Below are positions 60,054 to 64,000 of a stretch of DNA of 64,000 nt, piece after piece (within the stretch, counting starts at the first letter, position 1; each line of letters begins with the position of its first letter). A program made the position numbers and the translations under genes. Location of the stretch: positions 8,248 through 72,247 of the forward strand of contig JABDJB010000006.1 of the NCBI GenBank assembly GCA_013003425.1, written 5' to 3'. The DNA comes from Gammaproteobacteria bacterium (lineage in GTDB: Bacteria; Pseudomonadota; Gammaproteobacteria; Steroidobacterales; JABDKV01). Under the pieces are notes generated by a model, which saw only the letters and a list, made by a program, of their open reading frames with translations, was not told where the DNA came from and did no database searches.

Positions 60054-61382
60054 TCAGTACAGCGCGGGATGATCTTCCCAGCGCAGCCGCAGCCCCCGCC
60101 CGGCGCTGCTCAATGCCTCTTCCTGCCACAAATCGGCGACCGCAGCGAGTTGGTCGCCGGCATACAGCAACGGAATACGCGGCCGCATCCATGGCACGAC
60201 CCGAGCTTCCTGGTAGAGATTGCGCAATTTGCGTGTCTGACCGCCACCCTTCGGCCGGATGCTTTCGCCGCCACGACGAAAACGAACCGACAATGTTTCA
60301 CATTCACCGGCAGCCAGCCCGGCCTCGTCTTCCGCGTAGACCAGCCGGCCTAAACCGGCCGGTAAGGTTACGCTTGCGCCGGCGCTGAGCGTGGCGGTGA
60401 AACCGTCTGTCAGTGCTGCCAGCGGCTGCATCGCGTACAGGCGCGTTCCGTAGCGACGCACCTCGCAACCGGGCCAGCTGACACAGGCCTCACCAGGCTG
60501 GCTGTCGATGAGCCGCATAACCTGTGTGAACTGCGCCGTGTCGGGTGTTGGCAAACCAGTAGCGACCAGCCACTGGCGCAGCGCGTTGGCGACGCGCTCA
60601 CCGGATAAGGTCCCAACCCGGCTGCAATCAAAGGTATCACCGGCCGCGGCAGCCAGTGCGTCCTGCGCACCGACCTGGTGCGCCAGTCTTGCCATTGCCG
60701 CGCTATGCCGGGCAGCCCGCGAGACCGCTACTGCGGCACCCGGCCAGCGATCGCGAACCAGCGGCAGCACGACGTGGCGAAGGTAGTTGCGGTCGTAACG
60801 CTGGTCGACGTTTGACGGGTCGTCGCTCCATTCCAGCCCGTGCGCACCGGCATACGTGTGCAACTGTTCCCGGGCAGTATCCAGCAACGGTCGAAAATGC
60901 CACGCCCCGGCCTGCAGCTGGCGCAACACCGGCATGCCGGCGAGACCGGCGCTGCCGGCACCACGCAACAGCTGCAGCAACACTGTCTCCAGCTGGTCGT
61001 CGCGATGGTGCGCGGTCAACAGTACATCGCCCGGCTTGCAGTGTTTTAACAGCGCTGCATAGCGGACAGATCGCGCCCTGGCTTCGGGGCTGTCGCCCGG
61101 CTCGTAACTGACCTGTTCGCGTTGCAAGGCGAACGCAACGCCAAAGCGCCTGGCAACATCGGCGCACCGTGATGCCCACTGTGCCGAGTCGGCGTGCAGC
61201 CCGTGATCGACATGCACCGCCAGCAGATCGGCTCCGGGAATCCGTGGCAGGGCGCGCCGCGTCAGGTCAAGCAGCACCGTGCTGTCCAGGCCACCACTGA
61301 ATGCCACGATATAGCGGCGCGGTCCCTGCAATTCAACCTGTGCAGCAACCTGGCTGAGAATCAGTTCAGGTGTCAGGGCCAC
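60054..61382 (-). CDS. tilS: tRNA(Ile)-lysidine synthase
   Basis: 442 aa. PP-loop AFSGGLDSTVLL and HHRDDQLET. Confidence 0.9.
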   Translation of the reverse strand: MALTPELILSQVAAQVELQGPRRYIVAFSGGLDSTVLLDLTRRALPRIPGADLLAVHVDHGLHADSAQWASRCADVARRFGVAFALQREQVSYEPGDSPEARARSVRYAALLKHCKPGDVLLTAHHRDDQLETVLLQLLRGAGSAGLAGMPVLRQLQAGAWHFRPLLDTAREQLHTYAGAHGLEWSDDPSNVDQRYDRNYLRHVVLPLVRDRWPGAAVAVSRAARHSAAMARLAHQVGAQDALAAAAGDTFDCSRVGTLSGERVANALRQWLVATGLPTPDTAQFTQVMRLIDSQPGEACVSWPGCEVRRYGTRLYAMQPLAALTDGFTATLSAGASVTLPAGLGRLVYAEDEAGLAAGECETLSVRFRRGGESIRPKGGGQTRKLRNLYQEARVVPWMRPRIPLLYAGDQLAAVADLWQEEALSSAGRGLRLRWEDHPALY

Positions 61383-61388
61383 GGTTTG

Positions 61389-64000
61389 TCAACCGGCCAT
61401 GTCGGCAAGGTGCGGATAGACAATATGAACGTGCTCGTTGCCGGCCAACGCATGCAATTCGCTCAGCAATTCCGGACACGGCCTGACCGACCATTCTGAG
61501 CCCAGCTGCAGCCGGGCAACCGCACCGCTGCCGTGGTAATGCACGCTTACCTCGCACTGCCCGTCGCGATATGGCGCCAGTACCTGCTGCAGTTCGCGCG
61601 CGAAGGCTGCGTCCTCAGCCGTCCCCTGCCAGCGGATGACCAGCTTGCGGGCGTATTGCGCCCTCGCCTGGTCAAGCGTCTGCACGGACTTTGCCGTAAG
61701 TCGCCAGGCGCTGCTGAAATCGTCATAACGCAGCAGTCCGCCGATTACCAGGATTGCATCACGCTGAAGCAAATCGCGGAACTGCTGAAAGACGTCGTCG
61801 AAAAACATCACTTCCATGCGTGCGCTGCGGTCGTCGAGCGTCACGATAAGACGCGAACCGGCCCGGCGCAGGTCGAGCACAAGCCCTGCTACCGTGACGT
61901 TGCGCTTCGGACTGCGCCATGAAGGCTCGGTTGGTGCATTCTCTGCCATCAACTCAGCGAGCGGCGCAGCGGTGAGCGCTGCCAGCTCAGCGGCGAATTC
62001 ATCGACCGGGTGACCGGTAAGGAACAGGCCCAGCGTGTCACGTTCGCCAGCCAGGCGCTCGGCATCAGGCCACTCCGGCAACAATTCTGCCGGCGCTGCC
62101 CCGTTCCCAGAGGCAGCTGCCGCCGGCTCCAGTCCGAACAGATCGACCTGACCGGCGGCGGACGCGCGTGCCGACTGGTCTGCAAGGCGCAGCGCAGTCG
62201 GCAGCTGCGCCATCAGTGTGGCCCGGTTTGGCCCGATGCCATCAAGGGCGCCAGCCCTGATCAGCGCTTCCAGCACCCGCTTGTTGACCCTCTGCAGATC
62301 GATGCGCGCGCACAGGTCGTGCAGGTCGGCATAGGGCTCGCCCGCGTCACGTTCATTGATGATCGATTCTACGGCTGCCCGCCCGACGCCCTTGATGGCG
62401 CCAAGACCGTAGCGGATCGCCTGATCGCTGGCGACGTCAAACTTGTAGCCCGAGTAGTTTACATCGGGCGATAACACGTCCAGGCCAATGTTGTGACAGT
62501 CATCGATAATAGTGACGATCTTGTCGGTGTGATCCATATCGGCTGACAACACCGCAGCCATGAAGGCCGCCGGGTAGTGAGCCTTGAGCCATGCCGTCTG
62601 ATACGACAGCACGGCATAGCCTGCAGAGTGCGACCGGTTGAACCCGTAACCGGCAAACTTTTCGATCAGGTCAAAGATCCCCGCGGCAACCGCGCGATCG
62701 ACACCACGCTCCTCCGCGCCATCGAGAAAAACGGATCGCTGCCGCGCCATTTCTTCGGGCTTCTTCTTGCCCATTGCGCGCCGTAACAGGTCGGCACCGC
62801 CAAGCGAATAACCGGACAGCTCCTGCGCGATCTGCATTACCTGCTCCTGGTAGAGGATCACGCCGTAGGTGGGCCGCAGGATCTGCTCGAGCTGCGGATG
62901 CGGATAAACGATGACCGCCTGCCCGTGCTTGCGCTGGATGAAGTCATCAACCATTCCCGACTGCAGCGGGCCAGGGCGAAACAATGCAACGAGGGCCACG
63001 ATATCTTCGAAACAGTCCGGCTGCAGGCGCTTGATGAGGTCTTTCATCCCGCGCGACTCGAGCTGGAACACTGCAGTCGTGGTACAGCTTTTCAACAACG
63101 CGTAGGTCGCCGCATCGTCCATGGGCAACTCGGCGATTTCCAGTACCGGTTCGTCCGCAGCAGCCCGGGCGCTATTTATTGTCTGCACCGCCCAGTCGAT
63201 GATGGTGAGTGTACGCAGGCCGAGAAAATCAAACTTGACCAGACCGATCGCCTCGACGTCGTCCTTGTCGTACTGCGTTACCGCCTCGACGCCGCTCTCA
63301 GTGTAAAGCGGCGTGTAGTCGATCAGTTGCGACGGCGCGATTACCACGCCGCCGGCATGCTTGCCGGCATTACGTGCCAGCCCTTCCAGCGATCGCGCCA
63401 GGTCAATCAGAGCGCGAATTTCTTCCTCGCCCTCGTACACCCGCCGCAGCTCATCATCCGAATCCAGGGCCTTGTCGAGCGTCATTCCTACTTCAAACGG
63501 GATGAGCTTGGCAATGCGATCGACAAAGCCGTAGGGATGCCCCAGCACCCGGCCTACATCACGCACCACCGCGCGTGCCGCCATGCTGCCAAAAGTAATG
63601 ATCTGCGACACCTTGTCGTGCCCGTAACGATCGGCGACATATTCGATAACCCGGTCGCGCCCCTCCATGCAGAAGTCGATATCGAAATCCGGCATCGAGA
63701 CACGTTCCGGATTGAGAAATCGCTCGAACAGCAGGTCGTGCTCCAGCGGGTCCAGGTCGGTGATCTGCAATGCCCAGGCGACAACGGAACCGGCACCGGA
63801 GCCACGCCCCGGCCCTACCGGGATCTTGTTGTTGCGCGCCCAGTGAATGAAGTCGGCAACGACCAGGAAGTACCCGGGAAAACCCATGCCGGAGATAACT
63901 TCGAGTTCACTGCGCAACCGTGCCTCGTAGTCACTACGCTCGTGGTGGTGTTCGCGCACCTGGCGCAGCCGCTCGTCGAGCCCCTCGCCTGCCTTGCGCG
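61389..64000 (-). CDS. dnaE: DNA polymerase III alpha subunit, C-terminal ~870 aa (5' end outside the window)
   Basis: The frame is open to the window edge. Pol III alpha palm/fingers blocks (GLVKFDFLGLRTLT, FGFNRSHSAGYA-like FAGYGFNRSHS) and an OB-fold C-terminus. Confidence 0.95.
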   Translation of the reverse strand, partial: RKAGEGLDERLRQVREHHHERSDYEARLRSELEVISGMGFPGYFLVVADFIHWARNNKIPVGPGRGSGAGSVVAWALQITDLDPLEHDLLFERFLNPERVSMPDFDIDFCMEGRDRVIEYVADRYGHDKVSQIITFGSMAARAVVRDVGRVLGHPYGFVDRIAKLIPFEVGMTLDKALDSDDELRRVYEGEEEIRALIDLARSLEGLARNAGKHAGGVVIAPSQLIDYTPLYTESGVEAVTQYDKDDVEAIGLVKFDFLGLRTLTIIDWAVQTINSARAAADEPVLEIAELPMDDAATYALLKSCTTTAVFQLESRGMKDLIKRLQPDCFEDIVALVALFRPGPLQSGMVDDFIQRKHGQAVIVYPHPQLEQILRPTYGVILYQEQVMQIAQELSGYSLGGADLLRRAMGKKKPEEMARQRSVFLDGAEERGVDRAVAAGIFDLIEKFAGYGFNRSHSAGYAVLSYQTAWLKAHYPAAFMAAVLSADMDHTDKIVTIIDDCHNIGLDVLSPDVNYSGYKFDVASDQAIRYGLGAIKGVGRAAVESIINERDAGEPYADLHDLCARIDLQRVNKRVLEALIRAGALDGIGPNRATLMAQLPTALRLADQSARASAAGQVDLFGLEPAAAASGNGAAPAELLPEWPDAERLAGERDTLGLFLTGHPVDEFAAELAALTAAPLAELMAENAPTEPSWRSPKRNVTVAGLVLDLRRAGSRLIVTLDDRSARMEVMFFDDVFQQFRDLLQRDAILVIGGLLRYDDFSSAWRLTAKSVQTLDQARAQYARKLVIRWQGTAEDAAFARELQQVLAPYRDGQCEVSVHYHGSGAVARLQLGSEWSVRPCPELLSELHALAGNEHVHIVYPHLADMAG

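Overview
GC-rich chromosomal backbone segment of a gammaproteobacterium. The gene order resembles Pseudomonas/Cellvibrionales-type genomes and, in blocks, E. coli; this is inference from synteny, not a database hit. About 70 tightly packed, mostly minus-strand housekeeping genes are supported by recognisable motifs in the supplied translations. In window order the blocks are: fabH-plsX-rpmF-yceD / maf / rluC / rne; ptp-kdsB-lpxK-msbA-exbD-exbB-comEC-lolD plus two LolC/E permeases; mfd; nagZ, a YkuD protein and rlmD; a hybrid histidine kinase; acpS-recO-era-rnc-lepB-lepA; rseC-rseB-rseA-rpoE; ygfX-sdhE-sdhBADC with a DUF1674 gene and divergent ygfZ; lysS-prfB; rpoS-nlpD-yqaA-pcm-surE; truD-ftsB-eno-kdsA-pyrG; tilS-dnaE. 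I found no tRNA or rRNA genes, transposases, integrases, prophage genes, CRISPR arrays or recognisable defence islands, and no intergenic gap is large enough to hide a multi-gene system. The only extensive non-coding structure is three arrays of one REP/REPIN-like palindromic family (about 684-951, 1593-2187, 46683-46887). The first 5.7 kb looks like the only accessory-type stretch: a partial hypothetical gene, an AlkA-like glycosylase, a PhyH dioxygenase, a GGDEF protein, a cyclase and a small ORF. The leads worth a second look are below.
- An orphan ExbB/ExbD motor is translationally chained to msbA-lpxK-kdsB-ptp.
- A YkuD (L,D-transpeptidase-fold) protein with no signal peptide is coupled to cytoplasmic NagZ.
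- Complex II genes sit with three assembly-factor homologues (DUF1674/SDHAF4-like, SdhE, YgfZ).
- The conserved N-terminus of sdhE has no canonical start codon.
- A BarA/GacS-like hybrid kinase lacks a sensor domain.
- A 58-aa ORF lies behind a perfect CRP-type palindrome.
- The REP arrays carry a compensatory stem substitution and nested tandem periodicity.
I do not see a clear-cut novel system. All functional calls are motif and synteny recognition by eye, not searches.
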